NCBI GenBank assembly: GCA_964533715.1
Contig: CAZHNI010000004.1
Coordinates: 13,741-77,740, forward strand
Origin: an uncultured Gammaproteobacteria bacterium
GTDB taxonomy: Bacteria > Patescibacteriota > Patescibacteriia > Magasanikbacterales > GWA2-37-8
Length of the DNA: 64,000 bases
Direction: 5' to 3'
The notes beneath the pieces were generated by a model that saw only the letters and a program-made list of their open reading frames with translations, had not been told where the DNA came from and ran no database searches. Numbering within the stretch: the stretch's first letter is position 1; every line of letters begins with the position of its first letter. Both the position numbers and the translations under genes were made by a program. Positions 17,291 to 27,996 of the stretch are shown here, piece after piece.

Positions 17291-18160
17291 CTAAATGCGG
17301 TCCATCCAGTGTCGATCGGTTTCCACATTTAATTCAAGGTATATTTTTTTATTGGTGGCCTGCTCTAGCTCGCGTCGTGCGCCTTGACCAATTTCTTTAA
17401 TCGCTCGTCCGCCGGCGCCGATAATCATTTGTTTGTAGCGCTGATCAAACGTAAAAATCGTGGCCTTTATAACAATAATTTCTGGCTTTTCTTCCACTTC
17501 GGTAATTTCTACATGGGTAGAATAAGGAACTTCTTTGCGCAAGGCTAAAAATATTTTTTCTCGAATTAATTCCGCAATCCAAAAATTTTTGTCGATGTTA
17601 GTTAATTGTTCTGGCGGGTAGAAAGGTTCGCCTTCGGGAAGGAGTGTAAAAATTTTTTCAATTAACGGCTCGGTATGACGGTTGCGGAGGGCCGATAATT
17701 CAAACACGCTTTCAAATTCTGCGCTTAAAGCACGGTAATCTTCCAAAAATTCTTTTTGTTCTTTGGGGAGGTCGCTTTTATTTATAACTAATATTTTAGG
17801 AACATCAAGCGGGCGTAAGAGCGAGAGTGAAAAACGTTCTTCAGGACCAACTGGTTTTGTGGGGTCGACTACGTACAGAATTACATCAATATCACGAAGG
17901 GCATCTCGTACGCTCTCCAAAAGTTTACCGGCTAAACGGCTGCGTCCTTGTTTAAAAACACCAGGGGTGTCTACTAGCACAGCCTGTCCTTGGGGTCGGT
18001 TAATAACCCCATGAATAAGGTTACGAGTGGTTTGGGGCTTGTCGGTAACGGCTGCAATTTTAGTCCCAACCAGCGTATTCATAAGAGTGGATTTGCCAAC
18101 ATTGGAACGTCCAATTAGGCTTACCATGCCGCTTTTAAGTTGTTTTGTGCCAACTTCCAT
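17291..18160 (-). CDS. era: GTPase Era
   Basis: GRSNVGKST, PQTTR, DTPG, NKSD, KH domain. Confidence 0.97.
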   Translation of the reverse strand: MEVGTKQLKSGMVSLIGRSNVGKSTLMNTLVGTKIAAVTDKPQTTRNLIHGVINRPQGQAVLVDTPGVFKQGRSRLAGKLLESVRDALRDIDVILYVVDPTKPVGPEERFSLSLLRPLDVPKILVINKSDLPKEQKEFLEDYRALSAEFESVFELSALRNRHTEPLIEKIFTLLPEGEPFYPPEQLTNIDKNFWIAELIREKIFLALRKEVPYSTHVEITEVEEKPEIIVIKATIFTFDQRYKQMIIGAGGRAIKEIGQGARRELEQATNKKIYLELNVETDRHWMDRI

Positions 18161-18190
18161 AGGCTAATTTGACAAGTAGGTAAATCAGTA

Positions 18191-18219
18191 TTGCTCTCTT
18201 TTTTAAACTATTGTATAAT
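18191..18219 (+). promoter_or_regulatory. sigma70-type promoter for rplI-pyrG
   Basis: TTGCTC-17-TATAAT. Confidence 0.55.
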
Positions 18220-18279
18220 ACTAACAGAAATCTTGGTAAAAATCAAGATTAATTTATTGTTAAATTTAAATGAGTTATC

Positions 18280-18723
18280 ATGAAGGTAATTTTGCTACAA
18301 AAAGTCACTGGTCTCGGGAATGCCGATGAAGTAAAAGAAGTCGCCGAAGGGTATGCGCGTAATTTTTTATTTCCCAAGCATTTAGCTGTTCAGGCTTCCG
18401 GCCAAGCTATGCAAGAAAGGGATGCCCACCATCGCAAGCTCGCGAAAGAAGCTGAACAGGATTTAAAAATACAAGAATCGTTAGCCGAAAGATTAGATGG
18501 TCTTGAGATTGAGCTATTTGAAAAATGTAACGAAAATGGGTTGCTCTATGCGGCGGTAACACCTAAAAAGGTAAGCGAGGCACTCGCCAAAATGAATCTA
18601 GCTGTCGACGCTCAGCATATTCATATGCGGCCCATAAAAGAGCTGGGCAACGCAGAAGCAACCATTAAGTTGCAGCATGGTTTGGAGGCTACGGTTGCGC
18701 TGGTAGTGTCCCCAAAAAAATAG
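18280..18723 (+). CDS. rplI: 50S ribosomal protein L9
   Basis: MKVILL..V.GLG...EVAEGYARNFLFP. Confidence 0.96.
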   Translation: MKVILLQKVTGLGNADEVKEVAEGYARNFLFPKHLAVQASGQAMQERDAHHRKLAKEAEQDLKIQESLAERLDGLEIELFEKCNENGLLYAAVTPKKVSEALAKMNLAVDAQHIHMRPIKELGNAEATIKLQHGLEATVALVVSPKK

Positions 18724-18777
18724 TTTACTTTTACATCAGCGGTCACGCTGATTTTAAATAATTCTCATTTGTGATGT

Positions 18778-20421
18778 ATGGCTAAGACGAAATATATCTT
18801 TGTGGTAGGGGGGGTAATGAGTAGCGTAGGTAAGGGAGTAGCCGCATCTTCGATTGGAGCAATTTTACAGGCGCGTGGTTTTAAAGTAACCAATGTTAAA
18901 TGTGACATGTACGTAAATTTGGACGCCGGCACCATACGGCCAACTGAACATGGTGAGGTTTTTGTTGGCGAAGATGGCATTGAAGCTGATCAGGATCTTG
19001 GCAACTACGAACGTTTTACCAGCAACCCCATGAGCTCCCTTAATTACGTAACGACTGGTCAAGTTTATCAAGAAGTTATTCGCCGTGAAAGAAATTTGGA
19101 ATATGGTGGGGAAGACGTTGAAGTGGTTCCCGATGTCCCTAACGAAATTATTAGACGTCTCAAGCTGGCCGCCAAAAAAGATGAAGCCGAAATTGTGGTG
19201 GTAGAATTCGGCGGAACAGTTGGCGAATATCAAGTGCTTCTTTTTTTGGAAGCGGCCCGCATTATGAAAGTAAAAAATCCTTCCGATGTTGCTTTTGTGT
19301 TAGTGAGCTATTTACCGCTTCCGCGCCATGTAGGTGAAATGAAAACCAAACCAACACAATATGCGGTGCGGACTTTAAATGCAGCCGGAATTATGGCTGA
19401 TTTTATTGTGGCACGCGGCGAACAAGCTTTAGACGCGCGCCGGAGACAAATTTTGGCTACAGTATGTAATTTGCATGATGGCATGGTTATAGCCGCACCA
19501 GATGTAGAATCGATTTATGATGTGCCAGTACAATTCCATAATCAAAATTTTGATGGTCGTTTACTGCGTTCACTTCATCTCCGGGCAAGAAAAAATGATT
19601 TTAAGGCGTGGAAAGATTTTTCTAAAAAAGTAAAAAAACTTAAAGGCACACTTAAAGTTGGTTTAGTAGGAAAATATTTTGCAACCGGTAATTTTACATT
19701 GGCCGACTCATATATTTCTGTTATTGAAGCAATTAAGCATGCCGCTTGGAGTGTGGGGGCCAAACCAGAATTGGTCTGGATAGATTCAGAAACATATGAG
19801 AAAGATCCTAAAAAAGTTAATGAGCTATCTCAGTTTGATGCTGTAATTGTTCCCGGTGGTTTTGGGACACGCGGTATCGAAGGCATTATTTCAGCAATTC
19901 GTTATGTTCGCGAACACGGTATTCCATACCTTGGTTTGTGCTATGGTATGCAACTTGCGGTTATAGAATTTGCTCGCAATGTGCTCGGTTTAGAAGGCGC
20001 CCACACGGTAGAATGCGCGCCAAATACCAAATTTCCCATCATTCATGTCAATTCTGTGCAGGCAAAAAATATTGCCGAGAATAATTATGGCGGCACCATG
20101 CGTCTTGGCAGTTATCGGTGTGCCTTAAAAAAAGGAACGCATTCCGAGCGTTTATATGGAGCTTCTGAAGTAAACGAGCGGCATCGACACCGTTATGAAT
20201 TTAACAACGAATTTCGTGCCAAAGTAGAAGCTGCTGGTCTTATAGTGGCCGGTGTTAACCCAGATAGAGATTTGGTAGAAATTATTGAACTTAAAAATCA
20301 TCCTTATTTTGTGGGTACTCAATTTCATCCGGAATTTAAATCAGGGCCACTGTCACCGCATCCATTATTTATTGGCTTAATGAAATCAGCCCTTGCCAAA
20401 CAGAAAAAGAGCCAAGTGTGA
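18778..20421 (+). CDS. pyrG: CTP synthase
   Basis: KYIFVVGGVMSSVGKG, GEMKTKPTQ, GLCYGMQ, ERHRHRYE, TQFHPE. Confidence 0.98.
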   Translation: MAKTKYIFVVGGVMSSVGKGVAASSIGAILQARGFKVTNVKCDMYVNLDAGTIRPTEHGEVFVGEDGIEADQDLGNYERFTSNPMSSLNYVTTGQVYQEVIRRERNLEYGGEDVEVVPDVPNEIIRRLKLAAKKDEAEIVVVEFGGTVGEYQVLLFLEAARIMKVKNPSDVAFVLVSYLPLPRHVGEMKTKPTQYAVRTLNAAGIMADFIVARGEQALDARRRQILATVCNLHDGMVIAAPDVESIYDVPVQFHNQNFDGRLLRSLHLRARKNDFKAWKDFSKKVKKLKGTLKVGLVGKYFATGNFTLADSYISVIEAIKHAAWSVGAKPELVWIDSETYEKDPKKVNELSQFDAVIVPGGFGTRGIEGIISAIRYVREHGIPYLGLCYGMQLAVIEFARNVLGLEGAHTVECAPNTKFPIIHVNSVQAKNIAENNYGGTMRLGSYRCALKKGTHSERLYGASEVNERHRHRYEFNNEFRAKVEAAGLIVAGVNPDRDLVEIIELKNHPYFVGTQFHPEFKSGPLSPHPLFIGLMKSALAKQKKSQV

Positions 20422-20448
20422 GGCTCTTTGCATAAAGTTATTGTTGTT

Positions 20449-21831
20449 TTAGCGTCCCGCCAAGGAACCAAGAATACCAATCGTCCTAAGGAGAATAATA
20501 CAATCGAGGATAAACCCTCGATTTTTTATGTAATATAAATCATATTCTAACTTTGCCAAATTTTCATCAATGGTTCCGTAATATGAACTGTGAAGCTGTG
20601 CCCAGCCAGTTATACCTGGTTTAATAAGATGTCGCAAAGCATAGGGTGGCATTCTGTCGGTAAGTTCTTTCACAAATTCTGGTCTCTCTGGCCGTGGGCC
20701 AACAATACCCATGTTGCCTTGCAGTATATTAATAAATTGGGGCACTTCATCCAGGCGTACGCGACGCAAAAATTTTCCAACCGCAGTTATACGGCTGTCG
20801 TTTATTTTGGCGAATTCCGGCCCGTCCACTTCAGCGCTGCCGTCTGCGGAAAGGGAATGCATGGTGCGAAATTTATAAATAGTAAAAGGCCGGCCAGCCC
20901 GCCCGATGCGTTTTTGTTTAAAAAATATCAGACCGGGTGAATTTATTTTAATAAGTAAAGCAACAAAAGGTAGTGTAATAAGGAAAAAAATTGCCATCAC
21001 AAGAGCCAGGGTGTAATCAAGCAAAATACGAATGCGATCGTAGATTTTTTTTTGGTGTTCACGTAAATTAGTTAAAAACCAAGCGTCGGCAAAAGTGAAT
21101 GGTGGAATTCTGCCTAGAATTTCTTCATAAAAATAAGCCAAATCAACCACCTCCACTTGTCGATATAAGTTAGCGTATAATTCTGCAAGTAATACATTAT
21201 TCTTAGTAAGTTCCGGGGCAATAACAATAAGTTGGACTTTTGAGACGTGTCTGTTGTTTTCCAGCTCTTTAAGGGTTGGAGCAATTGGCAAATCGGCGAG
21301 CGCAGGAGAAATATTTGGTATATCCCCAACATGAATAATTCCACTTACGGTAAACCCACGTTGTGATTCTTTGCGAAAAAGACGAACAAGCTCTTCGACT
21401 TCTGGGGTAACACCGGCAAAAACAACATTGCTGCGCAAAATAACTGCCGATACGAAACGATTGTGCAAGTAACGCCAGATGGCGACAAGACCAAAACCAG
21501 AAACGCTGGTTAGAAGTAAAATAGTTTTTGGTGTCAAAAAATTTGTCGGAAATAGATAAAAATAAATAATACCAACAACTATCCATAAAATAGCAACAAT
21601 CGCCAGTTTTTGGAAAAAAGTCCATGAGTTTTTGGCTCGGTTGACATCATATAAACCGGCGATAAATAAAAGCAACGCGGCTCCGAAGAACAAAATGATA
21701 AATGATGGGGTGAGTGTGACGAGACGATTGGTTGGAATTTCAAAATAACGAACGGCAAGCGCAGCGTAAAAACCAATAAAAAGTAAGATAATATCACCGG
21801 CAAACAGAATGAATTGTTTAAAACGATACAT
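20449..21831 (-). CDS. polyprenyl glycosylphosphotransferase (WcaJ/WbaP-like sugar transferase)
   Basis: N-terminal TMs; FTIYKFRTM, RLDEVPQF, VGPRPERP, KPGITGWAQ, YDLYYI. Confidence 0.93.
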   Translation of the reverse strand: MYRFKQFILFAGDIILLFIGFYAALAVRYFEIPTNRLVTLTPSFIILFFGAALLLFIAGLYDVNRAKNSWTFFQKLAIVAILWIVVGIIYFYLFPTNFLTPKTILLLTSVSGFGLVAIWRYLHNRFVSAVILRSNVVFAGVTPEVEELVRLFRKESQRGFTVSGIIHVGDIPNISPALADLPIAPTLKELENNRHVSKVQLIVIAPELTKNNVLLAELYANLYRQVEVVDLAYFYEEILGRIPPFTFADAWFLTNLREHQKKIYDRIRILLDYTLALVMAIFFLITLPFVALLIKINSPGLIFFKQKRIGRAGRPFTIYKFRTMHSLSADGSAEVDGPEFAKINDSRITAVGKFLRRVRLDEVPQFINILQGNMGIVGPRPERPEFVKELTDRMPPYALRHLIKPGITGWAQLHSSYYGTIDENLAKLEYDLYYIKNRGFILDCIILLRTIGILGSLAGR

Positions 21832-21908
21832 AGCGCTTACTAAACAAATAATTGTTAATATAAATAAAGTAAGGTATACTATAATAATAACCCTTAAATT
21901 TGTATGGC

Positions 21909-23891
21909 ATGTTTAAAGTATACCTCAAAACAGCAAAAAAATCAATATTAATTGGGTTTATCGCTACTTTTTGTTTAGTCAATAACCCGGTAAGTGCACG
22001 AACTCCGTTCGATCCAGAATATCCAACTCAGGAAGTCTTGTGGCAGCAAATCGGGGCCGAGAACGCTTGGAAATATACCACCGGGTCTCGTGATGTCACA
22101 GTGGCAGTTATTGACACCGGAATTGATACCTGGCACGACGATCTTCGGGACAATATTTGGACAAACCCCTACGAAATTCCTGGCAATGGTATTGACGATG
22201 ATCATAATGGGTATATCGATGATATAAATGGATGGAATTTTGTAGAAAATAATAATGACGTACGGACGTCGGTGATAGGAACGAGTAACGATCCAGAGGC
22301 AGTTCGACATGGTACCGTTATCGCTGGTCTCATTGGGGCAGTAGGAGATAATGGCAAAAATGGCACTGGTCTTAATTGGCATGTTAAAATAATGCCAATC
22401 AGAGCGATATTAAGTACCGGCGAGGGTGATTACAGTACGGTAATTCAAGCTATAGATTATGCCGTAAATAATGGCGCCGATATTATTAGCCTTAGTTTTG
22501 TAGGCAACGAAAACGATTCAGCTCTACGCGATCGTTTGCGGACTGCTTATGATAAAGGAATATTAGTTGTTGCTGCAGCTGGTAACCATACGCATGATAT
22601 AGTAGGCGATTTTGACAGTCGCCCAGTTTTTCCAGCTTGTTATGATAGTGGTGATACTGTTAACTGGATGTTAACCGTTGGTTCGGTAAATTCGTTTGGC
22701 CAGCTTAGCTCTTTTAGTAATTTTGGAAGTTGTGTTGATATAGTCGCTCCGGGAGAAAATATTTTTAGCACCGAACGATATGCTCCCCAGTATGGGTATT
22801 CGCGGGAGTTTGGTGGTCCCTGGAAGGGAACATCTTTTGCGGCACCGCTCGTAGCCGGCGCAGCCGCTTTGGTTAAATCACTCCAACCGGAATGGAGGGC
22901 AAAAGAGCTTATTGAGGTTTTAGATAATGCAGCTGACCCGATAGATTCGGTTAATTTGGCCTATCAGGGTAAGTTGGGCCACGGGCGTTTAAATGTCGCT
23001 AAGGCTGTCGATATTGCACTTAAATTAAAACCAAGTGGCCCAGTTGGCGGGTTCTATTATTATTTTTCATCCTCAACAATTTCTCGACTTAATTTCACTA
23101 CACGTAAAACAGAAACCGTTCAATCCCTCGGTGGCGACACAATTCAGAGCGTGGCTCTGTACAATCCAAACGTTGGACTCAAGGCACAAATAGCAGCTTT
23201 GGTTGCGAGGCGGTCATTTTATTATGTGCGCTTATTAAAAGATACGGGAGAGCCGCTGAGTGAATTTTCTTTAGAAATTCCAATTAACAGACAAACGGTA
23301 GTTAAAAAATTAAAGACAACTCCTCTGGCTTCTTCTCCTGGCAGATTTGTCGTTGAAGTATATTATCCACAGAAAAATAAAACAATATTTAAGGTATTCA
23401 ATGATCGTGGTGAGATAGTTAAAGAAATTCCATTTTTTGGATCAGTTGAAGCGTGGACACTCGGCCGTTTTGAACCAGTAATTTTTGTGGGTGCAAAAAC
23501 TAGCCGCAACCTTGTTTTTAGCCGCCTGCCGCTTGATGGATCGGTTGGTTCATCATACTCAATACCTCAAGCCGGTGCCGTTAAAATTGACGCTTTGCGT
23601 AGTGGTCACCTCAATCAAGGTGAAGGTGAAGAGATTGTTTTTTTAGCCCACCGTTCTAATAAAATTGAAAATATGATAGTAAATTTTGAAAAAAAGACCG
23701 CCACCACTACCTTGGTGAGCGAAACGCGCGATAAGGCGCCATGGCGTTTGCTGCTAGCCGACTCCACCGCTAGCGAGGAGGCTCTACTCTTTCCGTTTGC
23801 GGTAAATGGAGGTATTTTCCGTTTAGTAACCACGGATGGCAGTCCGGTAGCGGAAATTAAATTGCCTGTGCTAATTGGAACAACAGAATAG
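21909..23891 (+). CDS. S8 subtilisin-family serine peptidase
   Basis: VAVIDTG, HGTVIAG, AAGN, GTSFAAPLVAG triad; signal peptide. Confidence 0.92.
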   Translation: MFKVYLKTAKKSILIGFIATFCLVNNPVSARTPFDPEYPTQEVLWQQIGAENAWKYTTGSRDVTVAVIDTGIDTWHDDLRDNIWTNPYEIPGNGIDDDHNGYIDDINGWNFVENNNDVRTSVIGTSNDPEAVRHGTVIAGLIGAVGDNGKNGTGLNWHVKIMPIRAILSTGEGDYSTVIQAIDYAVNNGADIISLSFVGNENDSALRDRLRTAYDKGILVVAAAGNHTHDIVGDFDSRPVFPACYDSGDTVNWMLTVGSVNSFGQLSSFSNFGSCVDIVAPGENIFSTERYAPQYGYSREFGGPWKGTSFAAPLVAGAAALVKSLQPEWRAKELIEVLDNAADPIDSVNLAYQGKLGHGRLNVAKAVDIALKLKPSGPVGGFYYYFSSSTISRLNFTTRKTETVQSLGGDTIQSVALYNPNVGLKAQIAALVARRSFYYVRLLKDTGEPLSEFSLEIPINRQTVVKKLKTTPLASSPGRFVVEVYYPQKNKTIFKVFNDRGEIVKEIPFFGSVEAWTLGRFEPVIFVGAKTSRNLVFSRLPLDGSVGSSYSIPQAGAVKIDALRSGHLNQGEGEEIVFLAHRSNKIENMIVNFEKKTATTTLVSETRDKAPWRLLLADSTASEEALLFPFAVNGGIFRLVTTDGSPVAEIKLPVLIGTTE

Positions 23892-23987
23892 GTTATTGCT
23901 ATTATTGTCAAATAACAACAAAACTGATATAGTAACTTGTGTGGCAAAGTGCTAAAAATTATACAAATGCGTTATTTCTAGAGTTGT

Positions 23988-25022
23988 ATGGATAATCCTA
24001 TTTTTGAAAAAAAGAATGTCTTAGTCATCGGCGGGGCCGGGTTTATTGGTTCACATTTATGTGAACGAATCCTCAAAGAAGCAAATGTTATCTGTGTTGA
24101 TAATTTTTCCAATTCCCGTCCCGAAAATATTAGCCACCTTTTACAGTATTCGGACTTTGAATTTATTAATCACGACATTAACCAGCCGCTCAATTTAGAA
24201 GCGTTTGATGAGCTTGATAAATTTAAAGTTAAATTTCAAGGTGTTCAGGAAATTTATAACCTAGCCTGCCCCACCAGTCCGAAAAATTTTGAAAAACAAA
24301 AAATCCCAACGCTTTTTACCAATTCTATAGGAATGATTAACACACTCGAGCTCGCCGTTAAACACCGCGCCAAATATTTGTTTACTTCAAGTGCTGTAAT
24401 TTATGGTGACCAGGCCGATACCACTAAATACCTTAAAGAAAATGACCCAGGGTATGTTAATCAGCTTTCACCGCGTGCTTGCTTTGATGAAGGAAAGCGT
24501 TTTGCGGAAACCTGTGTGGCAACATATGGTCAGGTATACGGAATTGATACTAAAATTGCGCGTGTGTTTACCACCTATGGCCCACACATGCGTTTGTTTG
24601 AACAACAACTTATTCCCGATTTTATTATTAACGCGCTTGAAGGTAAAGATTTAGTATTGTATGGCGATGAAAATTTTTCTACCTCGCTTTGTTATGTAAC
24701 CGATATGGTGGATGGGCTAGTGCGTGTTATGGGGAGTAACCCGGAAGTAAAAGTAGTTAATATTGGCGGCGATCGCGCCATAAAATATCGTGAAGTAGCA
24801 CAAATGATTTTAAACATTACTGGCTCAAGTTCTAAAATTAGATTCGAACCGCCACTTCTCTTCTTAAGCAAGAAAGGCGCTCCGGATTTAAGTTTTATTA
24901 AAGAATCCTTGGGGTGGCTTCCGCTCGTTCGTTTAGAAGATGGTTTGCGCAAGACAGTAGACTATGTTATTTCGCATAAAGAAGTGTTAGTATTCGATGA
25001 TATGGGGCGTGCTGAAAAATAA
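23988..25022 (+). CDS. NAD-dependent epimerase/dehydratase, UDP-glucuronate decarboxylase-like
   Basis: GGAGFIGSHLC, IYNLACPTSP, PRACFDEGKR, TYGPHM. Confidence 0.85.
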   Translation: MDNPIFEKKNVLVIGGAGFIGSHLCERILKEANVICVDNFSNSRPENISHLLQYSDFEFINHDINQPLNLEAFDELDKFKVKFQGVQEIYNLACPTSPKNFEKQKIPTLFTNSIGMINTLELAVKHRAKYLFTSSAVIYGDQADTTKYLKENDPGYVNQLSPRACFDEGKRFAETCVATYGQVYGIDTKIARVFTTYGPHMRLFEQQLIPDFIINALEGKDLVLYGDENFSTSLCYVTDMVDGLVRVMGSNPEVKVVNIGGDRAIKYREVAQMILNITGSSSKIRFEPPLLFLSKKGAPDLSFIKESLGWLPLVRLEDGLRKTVDYVISHKEVLVFDDMGRAEK

Positions 25023-25025
25023 TGT

Positions 25026-25688
25026 ATGGACGCGCTTGTATTAATTCCAGCATTCAATGAAGGAAAAATAATTGGTCGCGTTATTCGCGGCCTTTTTGAA
25101 CATGGGTGGAAGCAGGTTGTGGTGATTGATGATGGCTCGAACGACGACACGGCGGAAGAAGCGCAGAAGGCCGGGGCCTTGGTTCTTTGCCACAAAATAA
25201 ATAGGGGGCAAGGCGCGGCTTTAGAAACCGGTAACGAATACGCACGGCGCTTTGGCGCAAATTTTGTGGTTCATTTTGATGGAGACAATCAAATGAATGC
25301 GGAAGACATTGCTGGAGCTTTGCGGCGAGTAGAAAGTGGAGAAACCGACATAGTGCTAGGGTCCCGTTTTTTAGATAATCGTTCACGATTACCGTGGTCA
25401 AAAAAATACGTTATTTTACCATTAAGTCGCTGGGTAAATTTTGTGTTTACGGGCGTAAAGCTCACTGATGCTCACAATGGTTTTAGAATTTTTAACCGCC
25501 GGGCGCTTAATGCTATTACTATCACTCAAGACGGAATGGCTCACAATACCGAAATTCCTAGGCAAATTAAAAAATATAATTTAAAATTTGTAGAATATCC
25601 GGTTGAGATTGTGTATCATGAATATGGACAGGGGATGGGCGGCGGGCTGCGTGTGGTAATAGATTTAATCAAAGCTTTGTTTGTGTAA
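25026..25688 (+). CDS. glycosyltransferase family 2 (DPM1-like)
   Basis: LIPAFNE, IDDGSNDDT, NRGQGAAL, FDGDNQ, LGSRF. Confidence 0.92.
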   Translation: MDALVLIPAFNEGKIIGRVIRGLFEHGWKQVVVIDDGSNDDTAEEAQKAGALVLCHKINRGQGAALETGNEYARRFGANFVVHFDGDNQMNAEDIAGALRRVESGETDIVLGSRFLDNRSRLPWSKKYVILPLSRWVNFVFTGVKLTDAHNGFRIFNRRALNAITITQDGMAHNTEIPRQIKKYNLKFVEYPVEIVYHEYGQGMGGGLRVVIDLIKALFV

Positions 25689-25695
25689 AAACAAT

Positions 25696-25792
25696 TGTCA
25701 TTCTGAGGGAGTGAAACGACCGAAGAATCTCTGTCCGTTGATGATTGAGACAGAGATCCTTCCCCTCGACTTTACTCGGGGTCAGGATGACA
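25696..25792. repeat. TGTCAT...ATGACA element, gene-less copy
   Basis: tgtcattctga...aatctctgtc...gacagagat...tcaggatgaca. Confidence 0.9.
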
Positions 25793-25807
25793 TTAAAATA
25801 TTTTTTT

Positions 25808-26137
25808 ATGTACCTAATCCAAATTCTTTTACCTCTCTTTTTTATCTTCGCTGCCATTAAGGCAATTGGCAAATATAAAAAAGGTGATATTACCCTTGGT
25901 ATGATGTTTATCTGGCTTCTGGTTTGGATAGTGGGTGTTGTGGTAGTTTTAACACCAAACAGCACATTTTATGCCGCTCGTTTTCTCGGTGTGACCCGTG
26001 GGGCCGATGCTGTTGTCTATAGCGCTCTAGCGGTATTATTTTTTGTTGTTTTTCGCATGCTTGTTTCTGTAGAGAAATTAAAGAGAGAAGTGACAAAGCT
26101 GACGAGAGAGCTTGCACTCAGGGATAAGAAAGAATAG
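25808..26137 (+). CDS. DUF2304-like membrane protein
   Basis: three TMs, ARFLGVTRGAD, C-terminal REVTKLTRELAL; follows GT2; ATG 25808. Confidence 0.8.
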   Translation: MYLIQILLPLFFIFAAIKAIGKYKKGDITLGMMFIWLLVWIVGVVVVLTPNSTFYAARFLGVTRGADAVVYSALAVLFFVVFRMLVSVEKLKREVTKLTRELALRDKKE

Positions 26138-26139
26138 TT

Positions 26140-27246
26140 ATGAAAATTGCCCATGTTGTTTCCACATTTTATCCGCACCACGGGGGGATGGGTGCAGTGG
26201 TTTATGATGAAGCTGGTGCTTTGGCTCGCCGTGGACACCAGGTAACTGTTCTTACCATGCGCTATCCGGGCGATGTAGAGGTAGAGGAGCGTGATGGTTT
26301 TTTTATTAAGCAATTAAGTCCAATTTTTCGTTTGGGAGATGGGGGAGTAGTAAGTTGGAAAGACCAACTGAGTAATTTTGATGTAATTCACCTACATGTG
26401 CCGTGGTATGGTGCTATAAGTGGTGCAATAGCGGAATGTGTGCGAATTCAAAAGCCTTTTGTTGTTACCATCCATATGGTGGGCAAACCGCGGGGCATAG
26501 TAAAAAATGTATTTAAATTTGTTGATGAGATTAAAACAAATAAAAAATTATTCAAATACGCTAAAAAGATATTTGTTGTTAATAAAAATTATTTTTTAAA
26601 TTCATATAAAGGCGCCGACCAAGCTATTGAATTACCAAATCTGATTGATACTAATATTTTTTCTCCGGGCGAGGCACAGCGAAATATTTTTGGTGAGTTA
26701 AACAAACCAGACACAAAAATAATTTTATTTGTTGGTAATTTGTTGCCCCTTAAGCGTTTGGATTTACTTCTTAAGGCTGTGGCGAACGGTGAAAAAAATT
26801 GGCGGCTGGCCGTGGTAGGAGGCGGCTACGCCGAAGCAGAGTATAAAAAATTAGCTGAAAAATTAGGAATTTCTAACAGGGTTACATTTTTTGGATCGGT
26901 CGAACGTCAAAAACTTCCTCTGTTTTACCGTAGCGCCGATGTTGTGGTGGTGCCATCGGATACAGAATCTTTTTCACTGGTTGCGGCAGAGGCTTTGGCC
27001 TGCGGAACGCCCGTGGTGGCGAGTGATAATGCCGGGCTAGTAGGGGCTTTGAAAAATATTAGTAATATCACTTTTTTTTCAGCCGGCAATTCTGTGGCAT
27101 TAACCGACGCTGTGAGGCAGGTATTTATGTGTGGCAATGATGAAGCTCGCCAACTATCCATTCGCGGTAAAAATGACGTAAATGAGCGTTATACAATTGA
27201 TAATCACCTAAATGTTTTAGAAAGTGTATATAAGACTTTGCTATGA
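26140..27246 (+). CDS. glycosyltransferase family 4
   Basis: LFVGNL..LKR, ESFSLVAAEALACGTPVVAS. Confidence 0.92.
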   Translation: MKIAHVVSTFYPHHGGMGAVVYDEAGALARRGHQVTVLTMRYPGDVEVEERDGFFIKQLSPIFRLGDGGVVSWKDQLSNFDVIHLHVPWYGAISGAIAECVRIQKPFVVTIHMVGKPRGIVKNVFKFVDEIKTNKKLFKYAKKIFVVNKNYFLNSYKGADQAIELPNLIDTNIFSPGEAQRNIFGELNKPDTKIILFVGNLLPLKRLDLLLKAVANGEKNWRLAVVGGGYAEAEYKKLAEKLGISNRVTFFGSVERQKLPLFYRSADVVVVPSDTESFSLVAAEALACGTPVVASDNAGLVGALKNISNITFFSAGNSVALTDAVRQVFMCGNDEARQLSIRGKNDVNERYTIDNHLNVLESVYKTLL

Positions 27247-27995
27247 AATTAATCTCCTTAAATATTTGGGGAGGGCGCGCGGGTTTTGGCAGATTGTTAA
27301 AATTTTTTTCGGATAATAAGGATGCTGATATTTTTTGTTTACAAGAAGTTTGGAATGGAGGGGAGGAAATTATGATTAAGCGTGTTGACCGTGGAAATGA
27401 CGCTTTTATTGTCCCAAGAAATTTGATAAGCATTGCAAGTATTCTCTCCGATTTTAATTATTATTTTCACCCACAAGTGAAAAATTATTATGGCTTAACA
27501 GTTTTTGTCAAAAAGACACTTGCCATAAAACAGATTGGAGAATTATTTGTGCATAAAGATAGAGAACTTGTGGGACCAAGATTTGGTGCTCACGGACGAA
27601 ATATTCAATATATTGTTATTGAAACAAACAATAGATTGCGAACCATAATAAATTTTCATGGTCTATGGACTGGTGACGGGAAAGATGATAATAACGACAG
27701 GTTGGTGCAGTCGAATAATATTATAAATTTTTTAAAGACCCAAAGCAACCCAATTGTTTTAGTGGGTGATTTTAATCTTTTACCAGAAACTGAAAGTATT
27801 AAAAAATTTGAAATTTTCGGAATGAGAAATTTAATTCGTGAAGGAGGATTTGTTTCCACCAGAACAAAATTGTATACCAAAGAGCATCGTTTTGCCGACT
27901 ATGCTTTTGTCACAAAAGATATAACAATAAAAAATTTTACTGTTATGCCAGACGAGGTTTCCGATCACAGTCCACTTTATTTAGAATTTGAATAG
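27243..27995 (+). CDS. endonuclease/exonuclease/phosphatase (EEP) family protein
   Basis: ISLNI, DIFCLQEV, GDFN, DYAFV, SDHSPL. Confidence 0.9.
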   Translation: MKLISLNIWGGRAGFGRLLKFFSDNKDADIFCLQEVWNGGEEIMIKRVDRGNDAFIVPRNLISIASILSDFNYYFHPQVKNYYGLTVFVKKTLAIKQIGELFVHKDRELVGPRFGAHGRNIQYIVIETNNRLRTIINFHGLWTGDGKDDNNDRLVQSNNIINFLKTQSNPIVLVGDFNLLPETESIKKFEIFGMRNLIREGGFVSTRTKLYTKEHRFADYAFVTKDITIKNFTVMPDEVSDHSPLYLEFE

Positions 27996-27996
27996 A

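Noticed and set aside
25745-25807. N-terminal extensions of ORFs 25745, 57675 and 38975, and ORFs 25669(-), 28774(-), 44221(-), 63494(-), 3719(-)
   Set aside because: They are chance read-through of the repeat elements or antisense frames; better starts exist downstream.
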